A stretch of 36,426 nucleotides of DNA, from NCBI GenBank assembly GCA_020184695.1, contig JAANOX010000105.1, positions 1 to 36,426 of the forward strand, written 5' to 3'. Position 1 is the first letter of the stretch, and every line of letters begins with the position of its first letter. Position numbers and translations under genes: made by a program. The DNA comes from Histomonas meleagridis 2922-C6/04-290x. Lineage: Eukaryota > Protista > Parabasalia. The notes under the pieces were generated by a model. The model saw only the letters and a program-made list of their open reading frames with translations. It was not told the DNA's origin and did not search any database. Shown here piece by piece: positions 10,472 through 23,714 of this stretch.

Positions 10472-11570
10472 CTCCTTTGCTAGTAAATTTAGATAAATAT
10501 TTCAGTAGAAGCTGAAAAATTAACAAAATAAAATAAAATCTGATCAGTGTAAATTAATTGTTTGGGATTTGCTTATGTTTTGTAAATATTTACATGAATT
10601 TATGTAAAGAACCAGTTTACTAAACTGAGTTTGGTTATCATCACACCATTAAATTTTAAATACATTTTTAGCCTCTAAAGGGGACACACTAAATTCGCTA
10701 AATTTAATTTTATTGATACATCTCATTCGATGACTTCTGCACATGTATTACATTCGGTGTTGGTATCTGAAACAATTTTGATCTGAATATCGAATTCCAC
10801 AAAGCTTTTAGGTAACAAGAGATGAGCTTTAAAAGCAAAACATCCATCACAAATAAAAAATTTATCAACTTGTGATTAATTATTTGTTGTTGTAACACCT
10901 ATAATTTTTGATTGCGAAATATTTCGGTTAAACTATGAAATGAATGGTATATGAAGCTTTTTGTTGTTGAGAATCGTATTTAAATTGTCAATCATAAGTA
11001 CTGAATGAGAGCATTCAACAGCAAAAGTTCTGTGATGTTGAGCAAATGCATCATCAAGTTAGCAGTTGTGAATTCAAAGGCGTCTAAAATGTATTTTAAA
11101 CCATGTGCCAGTGTTTAACACACTATTTGAAAACCTTAAGTATGTTGAAGAATTCGTATGTGTGATTGATAGTAAGCTTCTGAAATTATTTTGTTCTTCT
11201 ACTTCTGGTTTGAATACAAGATCAGAAAAAAGAGATGGAATTGATGTGCACGCAAACACGTTGATGCGCTGATTATTAAATACAATTCGTGTGGAACTAT
11301 CTGCATAACAAAATGTGCTTGGAAGTGTTTGATGATGAAATTAAAAATATATATTAATGCGAATAAAAGTTATTGATCATGGTAGAAAAACATGAAAAAA
11401 AGAATTTTTTTTTATTAATTAATTAAATGTGTTGATTTGAATATATACAGACCCTATAGATAAATTTATCTTCGAAATGTGTGTAACTTAAGTATATATT
11501 TATTCGAATTATTACTTGCATGCTATAGTTATTATAATAATTAATATGCAATATTCAATAAATATGTAAT

Positions 11571-11740
11571 ATATATACATTATATATACATTATATATAC
11601 ATTATATATACATTATATATACATTATATATACATGATGTTATATATGAATATGTTATATATGAATATGTTATATATGAATATGTTATATATGAATATGT
11701 TATATATGAATATGTTATATATGAATATGTTATATATGAA
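11571..11740. repeat. Two abutting AT-rich minisatellites
   Basis: TATATATACAT (11 bp) about 6 times, then TATATATGAATATGT (15 bp) six full copies plus a partial (11641-11740). Confidence 0.9.
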
Positions 11741-14700
11741 CAAGTATCCCTCGAAATACAATAGTACTTAAATTAGTTGTTAAATATTTCAAAAGAATGC
11801 AAAATAATAAGATAATAAATAATTTTCATATGAAATTTTATATAAAAGCTATTCATAATAATATAGTATAATATCATTATAATATTATAATAATTTATAC
11901 AACTTATTTTAATATTTTTTCAATTTTAAATCTCTAAATTAAATGATATTGTTTTTTTGATAATGAGTATTTACAAAATATAACAAAATCAAAAATATTA
12001 TTTAGAAGAATTTAAAAATTAAAAAAGTTATAAAAGTAAAACTCATAATTTATCATAGTTTGGATTTATTTTTTGGCGAATACAAAAAATAAATCCAAGG
12101 TTGAAAAAAAGATAATTTTTATCTCAATCATTTTGCATGCTCAAGCGGTTCGAAGTCAAATTTGAATGAATGGACGAATAAAAATTACTCAATCAGCTTG
12201 TATCGTACTCAAAAACAATTTCAGAATAAAGCTAGCTCAAGAAACGGTAATTTTGACTTATATTCGGAGAAATAGAGAAATTAACATCATTACATATAAC
12301 GTCAAATAAGTTGAAAAATGTAATATATTTAAAATTTAAAAGAACATGAGATAAAAACAATCGATAAACGTACCTCAAGGCAGTATTTTAAAGATCATTT
12401 GCAAATTAATTTTGTATATATATAAATCCAATGAAATTAAACATTATGCTAAAATCCAAAAATTAAAAAAAAAATTCAGCGGATAAATTCAATGATCGGA
12501 AATCGTTTTTTGTCAGAAAAAAATCATCGCTATATAGAAAATAATGTATTGTTTGTCCCAATATATTTCAAAAATATGTACTTATACAGATAATATTTCA
12601 TTAATTATTAATTATTAATTATGTTAAATAAGTATATCATTAAAGTATTTCCAAATTTATTATATCATTCATTTTTTCATTAAATTTATAAATAAATTAA
12701 TTTTAAGAAATATCAAGATTTCATATAAATACTTGGAATAAATAACAAATCACGCTTTTGTGATGAGATTTTAACATTTTTATTTCTTGACAAACCAAGG
12801 ATCATTTGATTTGGCAATAAATAAATAACGTATTTTTTGAAAGAAGGCTAAAATTATGATAATATTTACCATCATTCAAATTCGCTTCTATCGACACTTA
12901 TCGTTGCCATTATCGTTCAATATAAACCATCTAAAAGTCGACTTTTGTCACTTTTTGGAATGAAAAAATAAATTTATCTCGTGCTAATCATGATATTATT
13001 CTTACATTTATATTAATCATAGATGCAACTATGTATGATTATAGATTATATATTCATAATATCAAGATCGTAAAATGATCGCTATATACGAATTGCAGAA
13101 ATCGAAAATCAATATTGTATATATGTATTGGGAATTTGTTGGTCACAGTATTGAATTCTTACTGTTTCGAAACATCGTGTTAGTGAGAAAATTAGAAAAA
13201 AAGAATTGAAATAAAAAATTGAGATTGAAATCAGAGAAAGGTTGTGTTGAAAAAAAGTGATGAGGTATTAAGTTTAAAGTTCGATTATCATTTTATACAA
13301 AATCAATAAGTATTTATATATTTATATATATATTTTTAACGATTAAATTTTTGATGTGTTAAAGTTTATAATAAACCATTTTATACTATCAAAATTCATG
13401 AATAATAATTATTAATTACAATTTATAAAAAAATAATCATTTTTTTTCAAGATTTTTCACTGTCGAACTCAATAACTTCTCATAATTCTTACTCAGTAAA
13501 TAATTTCATTGAGTCAAAGATATATATTTATAATGAAATATATAAGATTTTAACAAACTCATGTCTTCCTATCGTTCTCCATCGTCTTCCATCATCACAA
13601 CGATAGAGAACGATAAAATGTAAACTACACAAAAGCTGATATTCGTCACTTTTTAAAATTATAAAATAAATGTATCTCATTTTTATTTGAATATAATATA
13701 GTATTTATATTAAATTATAACATAAATTAAGTACATATATAATATATCTTGAATAGCAAGATTCAATATTATTTTTGTATCGAGATATCATGTTTTTCAC
13801 ATTGAGTTTAATATATAGTATTAATAATATGTTTTATATGATGTTATATACAAATATTTTATATATAATGTTATACATGATGTTACACATGTATATATGT
13901 TATATATTGAGTTATACATTTAATATGTAATACATTATTTTATACGTGATGTTATATACGAATATTTTTGTCGATAGAAGTTTTTTTAATTTATGATATA
14001 TTATAATTCAAATGTGAGTGTTGTGGTAAAGTAACCGTTATTTGATGCATGTTTTTTGATCTGTTCCTCCAAGTTACTCATATCAATTATGCTAAAGGAA
14101 GTAGTAAAATGCTTTATGTTTTTAATAGGATGTGCTCGGATAAATAAACGGTTGATAATTGTCCGTTAAAATCATAAAAATTCATTTTTCTCCATTCCTT
14201 TTCAAGACTTGAAATAAAATGATACATTACATAAATTCATATTTTAAGTGCGTTTGTTTAAAGTAAGTTTTAGATAAAAATAGCCATTTAAATTTTTCCT
14301 TCTCGTAATTGCTCACTTTGTATTTCCATCAAAAATTTATTTTTTCCAATTTGTTTTTGCAGAAACATGATCCACATAAGTTCTAATATATTTCAGCAAA
14401 GTTATATAAAATTTTATATAGGGTCTTTTTCTATTGAAATTAGAAATCTGCTACATTTTTCAAAGTCATCGGTTTTGCTAGGGTACTCCAATACAAACTT
14501 TTTGAATATTTTAAGTATCAACATAAAATAATTATTATTTTTCTTAATAAAAAATATAAATGTTATAATAAGAACAAGGCTTGTTGAGTCTTTTTTGATA
14601 ATTACTCCTTTATTGCGAAATTTCAATGAAAATTTAATCATTATATTGACCATTTTATTTTATGCTTTGGACTTTTGCGAATATTTCGAATTGCTCAGGA

Positions 14701-15436
14701 ATCAGACAACAAAGTCGACCGTTAGAAGCCATTATATTGAAAAAGTGCCCTTATTTCAATACTTTATGTGGATACGATTAAAATATTGTGATTCTTTTTA
14801 GAGGTAGTAAATCTTTTAATTGGCAAATAGTTTTTTCATCATATTTGGAATATAGATAGACCATCATAAGTTGATGTTAAAATGCAAGAATAAAAGAAAA
14901 CGCATTGGTCAATCCTTCGAAAAAGTAGATTGAAAAAAAAATTCGAAAAAAAAATCCTTCAATTCTGAATAATTTTCTGTTATTTTATACCAAAAGAATT
15001 CCCAATGGTTATGTATTACAAATATGTGATTTGTTTGCAATTTAACTACAAATTCATCAAAAAAAATCCATTTTACCGATTTTTGTTGACAGGGTTATTA
15101 AAAAGTGCTTAAAATATTGGTACACAAATTTTGTCGCTTATTTAATATTATTCACGCACTTTATGTAGAATCTTATTCTATCATTATTTTGAATTGAATT
15201 ATTTTTCATAATGAAAAAAATAAGATTTTAATTTTTTTTACTAGAGAAATGTGACATGAAATCCTTATTATCAACAGTTAACGATGCTAAATTCAGTCAA
15301 AAAGTTCCAAATATCATCTCAATTTTCCTAGAACCAAATAAAGATGTTTTTTTTTTTTTTTTTTTTGTATTTTTGTCTTCTTTAGAAATTTTCATCTTCA
15401 AATCGCAATGTTTTATTGACTAGTAGCAAAAAAATG

Positions 15437-16908
15437 GTAGCAGTAAATTCTTGTGTATTTTTCGAAGTTGATGAATTAAATGATAATGTGACTATAAATT
15501 TTCAAAAATAATTTTTGGTTCAATGGTAGTGGTTAACCGTCCAAAATGATCGGCTTGTGTTCGGGGCCCCAAGGCGGAGGTTCGATTCACTGCATAGAAT
15601 AAATTTATTCATTTTTTGCAGAAAGAAAAATTTAAAATGTTCAAAATCCTATGTAACAAATATTTTATATAATTTTTTATTGATTAAATAAAAATGTGTA
15701 TCAAATTTCTGAATAATTCATATAAAAATAATTTGATTTTTATACTTGATCAATTTGAATTTTGATATAACATGGAGTAACTTACATTAATATTTTATTT
15801 TTAAGATATCATTAGATTATTAAAGAACCATTAACAGGAGAATCTTTAAATATAATCGGATGGATATTTGATAATTGTTGTATCTTTTTTTCAACTTATA
15901 TATATTCAGAAATTTAGATAATTATCATGTTATACGTACTTGTGTCGTTTTTATAACTATAAAAACTGTTGGTTGTTCTTTTCAACGCACAAATATATAA
16001 TTAGATATATAATATTTTGAAATTTCTATAAATAAATTATTTAATATGTTTCTATGAAAATGATTTTTCTCATCGAATAAATTCATTCCAATATAGAAAT
16101 TGTATATATTTAAAAGGAAAGGAAGCATTAACAGTTCAACCAATGTTTACTCAAGCATTGAATATATATATATATATATAATTTCTTCCTGCATTCGGGA
16201 TTTTGTTTTTAATGCGCACATTAACATAAATGAATGCTTGATTTTTAATTTGAACAAAACAAACTTTATTATATATTTTTTGACTAAAATATCAATTATT
16301 ATCAATAAAAAAAATTTAAATAAATATTTTTCTATTTCTATTATTATAATTTTACAAAAATGAAAATTCTGATAATTATAAAATGAATAGATCTTTTCAA
16401 ATTTTGCATTAAAAAAAATCTAGTTAAAAAAACATATTCTCAATCACATAATAAATTACATTAATTATATCTGCCTGGAAATCTTCCTTGAAGAATTAAC
16501 ATAAATATCCTCATTTTTACCTTCACAACTTGTTACTTATAAATAAAAAAAATTTTTAAGAAAGAAATTAACATCAATAAATCAAAAAAAACAGATATCT
16601 AATTTGATGATTTAAAAATTATTAGAACTTATAGTAGTATAAAATAATATAAATTTAACATAACGTTTCTTCTCATAAACAAATTTCATTATGATCATTT
16701 TGAACATTATAAATTTAACTTTTTCGCAAAAAATGAATAAATTTATTCTATGCAGTGAATCGAACCTCCGCCTTGGGGCCCCGAACACAAGCCGATCATT
16801 TTGGACGGTTAACCACTACCATTGAACCAAAAATTATTTTTGAAAATTTATAGTCACATTACTATTTAATTCATCAACTTCGAAAAATACACAAGAATTT
16901 CCTGCTAC
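15437..16908. mobile_element. Non-autonomous TIR element (MITE-like), 1472 bp, 183-bp TIRs
   Basis: 15437-15619 is the reverse complement of 16726-16908 with about 3 mismatches. The interior is AT-rich with no credible ORF. No target-site duplication found. Confidence 0.85.
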
Positions 16909-18612
16909 AGGGTTTTTCAGAGGAATCAATGGCGTGATCAATGGAAATAAAGTACTGCAAACATTATCTGCTGTTTCTCGATTTCTTCCCGATCAAAGGT
17001 TTTGTCACTCTCTTTATTGCGTGGAGTGGAACAAACTTCAATAGTATGATAAACTCGTCTCAACTTCAATTAAAGAATCAATTTGTAATTATATCTCAAA
17101 TTACAACATCTTTATGAAAGCCTTCACCACCTTAAAGCATTCTTTAATGTTATTTGCGTAAACATTTGGGGAAAAGAGTTGTGAAATTAATCACAAGCTT
17201 TTTTCAAACAATTCGGATGATTTTTGTTCAACTTTGTTACTCAAAGACATCCTTCATAACAATAATACGATTTAATGTTTATAAACCTTTTCATAAATTC
17301 TTCAGAAGGAGTTCAATTACATAAAAGACTGTTTGGTTGAATATTTTCTCATTTTGGTGTAACTCATTTAGGATTCAGGGTGCTTGAAGTTCTTTTATTT
17401 TATAAGTTAGAAAGTAAGTTAGAAAGGCGGAATTCTTCAGCGTTAATTTTCGAACGACACCTGAATTTTAATTCAAAAAGCTTCGAGACTTTCCATCCAA
17501 CAACGTCTGCTTTTTGATAAGAAACACAATTCTTGATTCATTTCAGGTGAATATTCAGAAGGTATTGAATTGATTTCTGCCGATCAAATTCGAGAACTTT
17601 AAATTTAAAGTTTCATTTCCTGAATTCTGCTTCTTGTGATTTCAATCTCTTTGTACAATAGTGTAAAGCATGCCAGAATTAAAAATTATGATCACCGAAG
17701 AAGAGGAACAAAAATATGAATCATATTCTATTTTATGATGTTATCAATCACCTCTTTTCCACTCATGTAATCAACCAGATTTTGTAATAACAATCGTAAT
17801 TTCATATGATATTAGAGATATTCTAACTGATATGATACCTTACAATTACACCAAGTAACCAAGTTATTACATGCTACAAACCCATTTTTTCATGTTGTGA
17901 CAAAATAAGTTTCCACTATCTTATATCTAATCGCGCACATCTCCAATCTCCATATTTCCTTCATCGTTGTGGGTTAATGTAGTGTTTTTGTCTTTGAACA
18001 TTCTTCTTCCATTGTCATCTTGGTTTGAAATATTTCAAAATTCAAATTTTTTTGTTCTGATGTTGGGCATTCATCAAACTGTACGGTCTCACCACCCCAA
18101 AAGACCACCAAAGTGTTCTGATCATACTTATGGATATTAAAATATTATGAAATCAGCACGAGTTCCATCTTCCCTTACCGATGGTACCATCCATGCACCC
18201 TTTGTTTCCTAGCACGCACTAAGCCACCATCTAAGTGATGATCATAGGCTTGTGCACGGCCATGTTCTAAGGGCGAACATTTATGGAAGTGAAGTAACGG
18301 CCACTTTTTCAGAGAAATTATGAATTTTGGGGATAAAATAACGGGAATCGATGATTGTAGGGTTGAACGGAACAAAATTTTTTTAAGAACTTTCATAAAC
18401 TATTGAAAAAATCGATATTATCGGCAGTATCGGTTTCATTTTTTGAACGGATTCTATTAAAACTGATCGGAAAGTGATAATTTTTTACAATTAGTTTATG
18501 AATGTTACAGTTAAAAATGTATACAAAATCCGGACAACCGTCAGTTTGACAGGTTAACATAAACTTTTTAACTTTAAAGAAAATTGTAACAAAATTGACC
18601 GCTTGGTCATCA

Positions 18613-18622
18613 TCACTTCATT
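18613..18622 (+). promoter_or_regulatory. Trichomonad-type Inr of Myb copy B
   Basis: TCACTTCATT 11 nt upstream of ATG 18634. Confidence 0.55.
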
Positions 18623-18633
18623 GTCAAACAAGC

Positions 18634-19239
18634 ATGATCAATGCGAACCACAACGACCTCGTCGAATTCTGTCTCTGGATCATTGTTAGCGATGGCATCT
18701 ACCCACCAAATGTCATAGGGCAAATAAGGCAAAGCTTGACAGCGATTATAGAGCAACAGGGAGACATAAACGCAGCAGTAAACCACATCAACATGTTCCT
18801 AATGGGCAACATAGCTCTCATATGCCTCCACGATATCTTAATATGCAAAAACTATCCTCCACTTCCATTCATAGACACACCATTTCACCAAAGAAACCTA
18901 AATAATATAAACAGTTGGCTCTATATCGAAGACGCACGCTTGCTGTGCGCCATCCACTTGTTCAGCAGGCATTGGAGCCGGATCGCCCAATTCGTAGGAA
19001 ACGGAAGAAGTGGTCTGCAATGCAGGCAGAGATGGGAAATGGTTTTTTGTAATTTAATGATGCAAAGAAATTGGACACTAAAAGAAGACAAGGAGCTGAT
19101 CAAGTTGCATAATATCTATGGCAACGATTGGGTGACAATTTCAAAGAAAATTGGCAACAAGCTGAACACGCAGTGCCGCTTCCGCTTCATGATCTTGAAT
19201 GATCTTGGCCGCGTTCCTCCACCTGATAAGGAGGAATGA
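18634..19239 (+). CDS. R2R3 Myb-like DNA-binding protein, 201 aa (paralog of 7990-8583)
   Basis: MINANHNDLVEFCL... then WLYIEDARLL...WSRIAQFVGNGRSGLQCRQRW and WTLKEDKELIKLHNIYGNDWVTISKKIGNKLNTQCRFRF. Frame is intact. Confidence 0.9.
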   Translation: MINANHNDLVEFCLWIIVSDGIYPPNVIGQIRQSLTAIIEQQGDINAAVNHINMFLMGNIALICLHDILICKNYPPLPFIDTPFHQRNLNNINSWLYIEDARLLCAIHLFSRHWSRIAQFVGNGRSGLQCRQRWEMVFCNLMMQRNWTLKEDKELIKLHNIYGNDWVTISKKIGNKLNTQCRFRFMILNDLGRVPPPDKEE

Positions 19240-19458
19240 AATGCTTTGGATTGAATAAAAAAATCCAAACACAAAATTTTAAGAGTTTTTACTGATGCTT
19301 ATGCGCACAGTGAGCTGCACCGCGCAAAGGAAACTCAGCAACATCAGCGCTACAGTCGTTTTCAGCGCTGTGAAGATGTCATTTGGACAGTTTATAATTG
19401 CCACTTATTCAAACCTGGTGACCAATTATTTGCTTTTTTTGAATGTGTAAATTATCGG

Positions 19459-19900
19459 TTAAGATGATAAAGACAGAGATTTTGTGTCCTTCATAGAACC
19501 GAAGCGCATTTCATCATTCTCATCAATGCAGTGGTTGCACTCACAAGCACCAGTTCCTGGTGAGTAATAATATGCTGATTCTTCATCAAAAGAAATTGCG
19601 TGATCATGAATGGCAGAAAATGTCTTGAATTGACAAGAACAGCACACACAGCATTTACTAACAACAACTTTCTCGCCAAGATATTCCACAAGCCTTTTTA
19701 TGTTTAAGTTTTTCTGGATATTGGAAACTAAGTCCATGCAAACTCAAATGTTCAAGAGTAATCTATTCTTTTTCAAATATTTGGCCACAAAGTAAACATT
19801 TAGTAACCAAAATAACAACATTGAGACTCATCTAATTCGCCATCAATTCTTCCACTTTAATGATTTCTTGATGCTTATATTCAGCAACTTATTTCTCAGC
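19459..19900 (-). pseudogene. ZNF622/Rei1-like fragment (copy 2)
   Basis: RLVEYLGEKVVVSKCCVCCSCQFKTFSAIHDHAISFDEE, homologous to copy 1. Upstream part is frameshifted. Confidence 0.7.
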
Positions 19901-20499
19901 GCCTTCTTTTGCTTATTCTGCGTTTTTTTTTTTTTTTTTTTCAAGAGTTAATTTTGGTTGATGATTTGAAATTTCAGTGATAGTATTAAAACGCATACGA
20001 CAAGTTTTACAAGGTATTCCGCTCATTAAAATCATACAAGAAACATTAAACAGATTTTCAAAATCATATAGTTAAATTTGCATGTAAACGAAATTGATTC
20101 TACTTTTTCGACGTCCACTTATATTGACTCAAACTTATGTTTTTTCTGTTGAATTTTCCATTTTTTTGTTGGACATTTTCGTTCAACTAAAAAAATTTCC
20201 ATTTGACACAATATCGTTCGATCATATATATCTGGTGGTTCATAAAAGCTTGTATTTTTGGAAAACAAAAAAAGTCGTACAAGAAGAATGTATCAAAATT
20301 GGTAGAAAATCGAAATTTTTATTAACATATTGATGGATATTAATTTAGTGAAATATAGGTTCGATTTATTTGTTAACTTTTAAAAAAAAATTCGATTTTA
20401 ATTTTCATGAATGTTAGATCAATTTTGAAATTATCAACAAGCGTATTATGTAAAATAATTGAATACAAAACTAGACAGATCAATCTAAAAAAATGAACA

Positions 20500-22014
20500 A
20501 ATGTCTTTGCAAATACTAACTTTAAGCCAATATACCCTAATTCAAACTTTATTCATTATATTCTACAATATGTTTTTATTAATATAATGAATTTTATCAG
20601 CAAATGCTATACTATATAATAACTTTAATGAATTATTACAACAAAAAGTAATGGAAATAGCACAAAATGAAGAAGAAATGAAAATCAAATTATAAATTGA
20701 TGCAAAAATAAAAATCGAACAAAACTTTAATAAAAACACTAAAGAAATTTCTGACTGTAAAAAAACAATATCGAAAACATAAAACAAGAAATTAAAGAAT
20801 TAAAAAAAATGAAATTAATTTATATAAAACATTATGGATAGATATGAACCAAACGAAAAATGAAAACAAAGAAATAATTAATAAACTTCAAGAAACGAAT
20901 TTAATTTTAGAGCAAATACTTTTGGAAATAAATAAAAAATTGAAGAAGAAAATAAAGAAATTCCTCAAAAAGAAGAAGATGACGAAATGAATGAAATTGA
21001 AGAAAAATTAAAATCTTTGTGCGCATCAATCGAACATTCTATAAAGCAGCAGAAACATTTCATAGAGAAATAAAGAATTAAACAGCAATAAGCACATAAA
21101 ATTATAAACCAAAGAGTGCAAAATCTCGAACAAATAAAAAATAAAGAATTGTTGAAATAAAAAGTAAAATAAGAAAAAATAAACAAAAGATGAAAGAAAT
21201 TGAGCAAATGCTCAAAATTGAAATTCAGAAATATCAATAAATCTGTTTTTATGTTTAAACAAGAAAAGCAAATGCTTGATTCACATTATCCAAAAGCACA
21301 AGAATTACTTAAAACGAATCAAGAAAAAAAAAAAAAAAACTTATTTTGATAATGAAAGAAATGGATGAAAGACTTGGATTAGTTGTACCAACAGAAGATA
21401 CAACAAAAGCTTCAAGAGAAACACATGTCATGCATAAATAATAAATGAGAAACAAGAACAAATTAATGAATTGATGAGAAATATTAATGAAATTAAAGAA
21501 GAAATCAAATAAATACAAAATCAAATTGATGACATAAAATGTTATCATAAAATGATGAATAAAATTATTCAAGATGCACAAAGAGAAGGGAAACCAAATG
21601 TTAAACAATTATGTTCAACTTTGGATATCTTAAGAATTATCGGGAAAAATAATAAAGAAAAAAATTAAAATGTTCGAAATTGAAGATGAAATTATCGAAC
21701 AAAAATTATATGAATTAAATGATATGTATTCCGATGAAAATTTAAGTCAAATTTCATTTGAAATAAAGAATTTGCAACAAATATTAAGAAAACACAAATT
21801 GTGTTTTAATCAGTTGCTAAAAATTAAAGTGCCAATAACGAATACAAATGAAATGAAAGAAATGAATGAACAAAATAAAGAATATAAACTGAAACTTGTG
21901 GCATTAAAAAGAAAAGAAAGTGATTTAAGAGCAAAAGTGGAAAAGTCTATTAAAATTTTGAAATCTTATAACTTGGATATACCTGCGCCTCCTGGAAGAA
22001 GGATAAATAAATAA
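20500..22014 (+). pseudogene. Large coiled-coil protein gene, heavily disrupted
   Basis: Continuous E/K/Q/N-rich heptad-like sequence on the + strand, broken by many TAA codons and frameshifts. Last open piece is 21670-22014. Confidence 0.55.
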
Positions 22015-22339
22015 ATGTTTCTAAATTTGTAATTTATCTTCGAAATGATATTGAGCAATGCTTTTATGAACTTTGGTTATAGAATTCTAAATCTTTGATA
22101 TTCTTTAGTGTTCAAATGATATATCCTACAAATAGAGAAATTATACTTTTTTAATATTAAAGTGTTATACTTATAAAACATTATTTATAAAGATATTGTA
22201 ATAACATTAAAAATCCCAACTTCTTGAAAATAAATACAATAATGATGTGTTAAAAACAGTTAATAATTTTACAATAGCATGAACATACAAAAATATCAGT
22301 CAAAAAATATTTCATTTAGACATAAACTGGTGAAAAGTA

Positions 22340-22664
22340 CATAACCCCATCGTTTAATTTCAAGAAGAACAGCAAATCAATCTTACCAATGTTCTTATAT
22401 AAGAATTACAAAATCATTTACCGTCCATACGCTGTTTTGTTCATGTGCATGTGCGTTGATGCAACCAATAATGAATTTGCTATTCTAGAAATAATCCATC
22501 TCTTTGTCGAAATCATGGGCACATACTTCGGGAAAGTTGATGAAATAGATTTACTAATTGGCTCCCATAAAGTGTATGTAATGCTTGATGAATTCATTGT
22601 TGCTGGTGGAGTTGGTGAATGCAATAGGCAAACAATCGTAAACAGAATGAAACGATTAGATTGA
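22340..22664 (+). pseudogene. Adaptor-protein (AP) complex sigma/small subunit, 5'-truncated
   Basis: YKIIYRPYAVLFMCMCVDATNNEFAILEIIHLFVEIMGTYFGKVDEIDL...KVYVMLDEFIVAG follows the clathrin adaptor small-chain pattern. Upstream HRLISRR lies in another frame, and the first roughly 30 residues are missing. Confidence 0.8.
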
Positions 22665-23714
22665 TATCTTTGTTGACATTCTAATTTAAATTTTATGTAA
22701 AATTTAGGCTAACTTGTGACTTTCAAGCCATTTTAAAATGTTAATTTTTAAATCATTAAAATAAATATGAAATAAAACAAATTGATATTTTTTGCATTAA
22801 TATCAATTCCTTTTTGTTCGATAAGTAATTTAACTATTTCTATTTGACCATTTTCAGATGCATAAATAAGTGTTGTTTTGAAATATGATAAATATATTTC
22901 ATATATTATCATGATGTCCTAAATTATTAAAATAAATATGAAATAAAACAAAGAAATATCTTTAGACCACCAACAGAGTGGTTCCGACTAAATATTAATT
23001 GAAAATTAAATTAAGTAAAGTTATTAAATATAATAAACGTACTCTTCATACTTTTGATGATTTAATGCAGAGTGAATTAAATATAAAATATTTCATAATT
23101 AATATACAATTGGATAATAATAACACAGATATTTTGTTTTTTCCTTTGCTTATATTATTGAATTTTCGCCTATGGTCTGCTTCAGCTAAAAAACTGCCTG
23201 GCAATTTTGGAGATAAACATAACAATTATACATTGTAAACCATTCAAACCCAAAATTATGTTTTTACCAAAAAAATTCCATCAATTTAAAACATGAATAA
23301 AAAAAAATTGCCATTATTTTTTCCTTTGATTCTTACATATGTGTTTTAATTTTTATTAAGTTTTTTCTGCTGAGTTTTGAGAAAAAAATTTGTTTAAATA
23401 TTCTAATAAAAATGCTTTCTTCAGACCAAACGATTATTTCATATACAAAACGAAATTAACCGTCAAGTATTTGAATGCTGTATCACGGTTAAATAACCAC
23501 CATAAAAAATTTAACTTTTCCACGAAACTGATAATATAAATATTATTTTGATTCATATTTTATATATGATTACATATGTTTGTATGTTTGTTCATGAAAA
23601 TTATTGAAAAATCACAAAAAAAAATTGTAAATTTTTCGAAATATTCAACTTTAAAACAACAACAACAACAATATATTCAAATAATCCAGCTATAAACAAA
23701 ATAGTTTTAATAAA

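Larger units (their letters stand above)
17330..20110 (-). repeat. Segmental duplication, copy B
   Basis: Reverse-complement counterpart of 7128-9690 with the same order: ZNF622 fragment, Myb, decayed unknown ORFs. Confidence 0.9.

Noticed and set aside
10560-11340. Minus-strand coding remnant
   Set aside because: Looks protein-like in places, but has multiple stops and no recognisable motif.
15517-15595. Functional tRNA gene
   Set aside because: B box is good, but I cannot fold a cloverleaf: acceptor and anticodon stems do not pair and the T stem is irregular. Treated as tRNA-like only.
20500-21700. Alternative genetic code (TAA = Gln) suggested by many in-frame TAA at Q/E/K-like positions
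   Set aside because: Intact genes in the same window (Myb x2, E2F-like, GT) have no internal TAA, use CAA for Gln and can end in TAA. The affected region also has frameshifts, so decay explains it.
22755-22952. 27-bp direct repeat ATTAAAATAAATATGAAATAAAACAAA
   Set aside because: Low-complexity AT sequence; most likely a small local duplication with no element structure.
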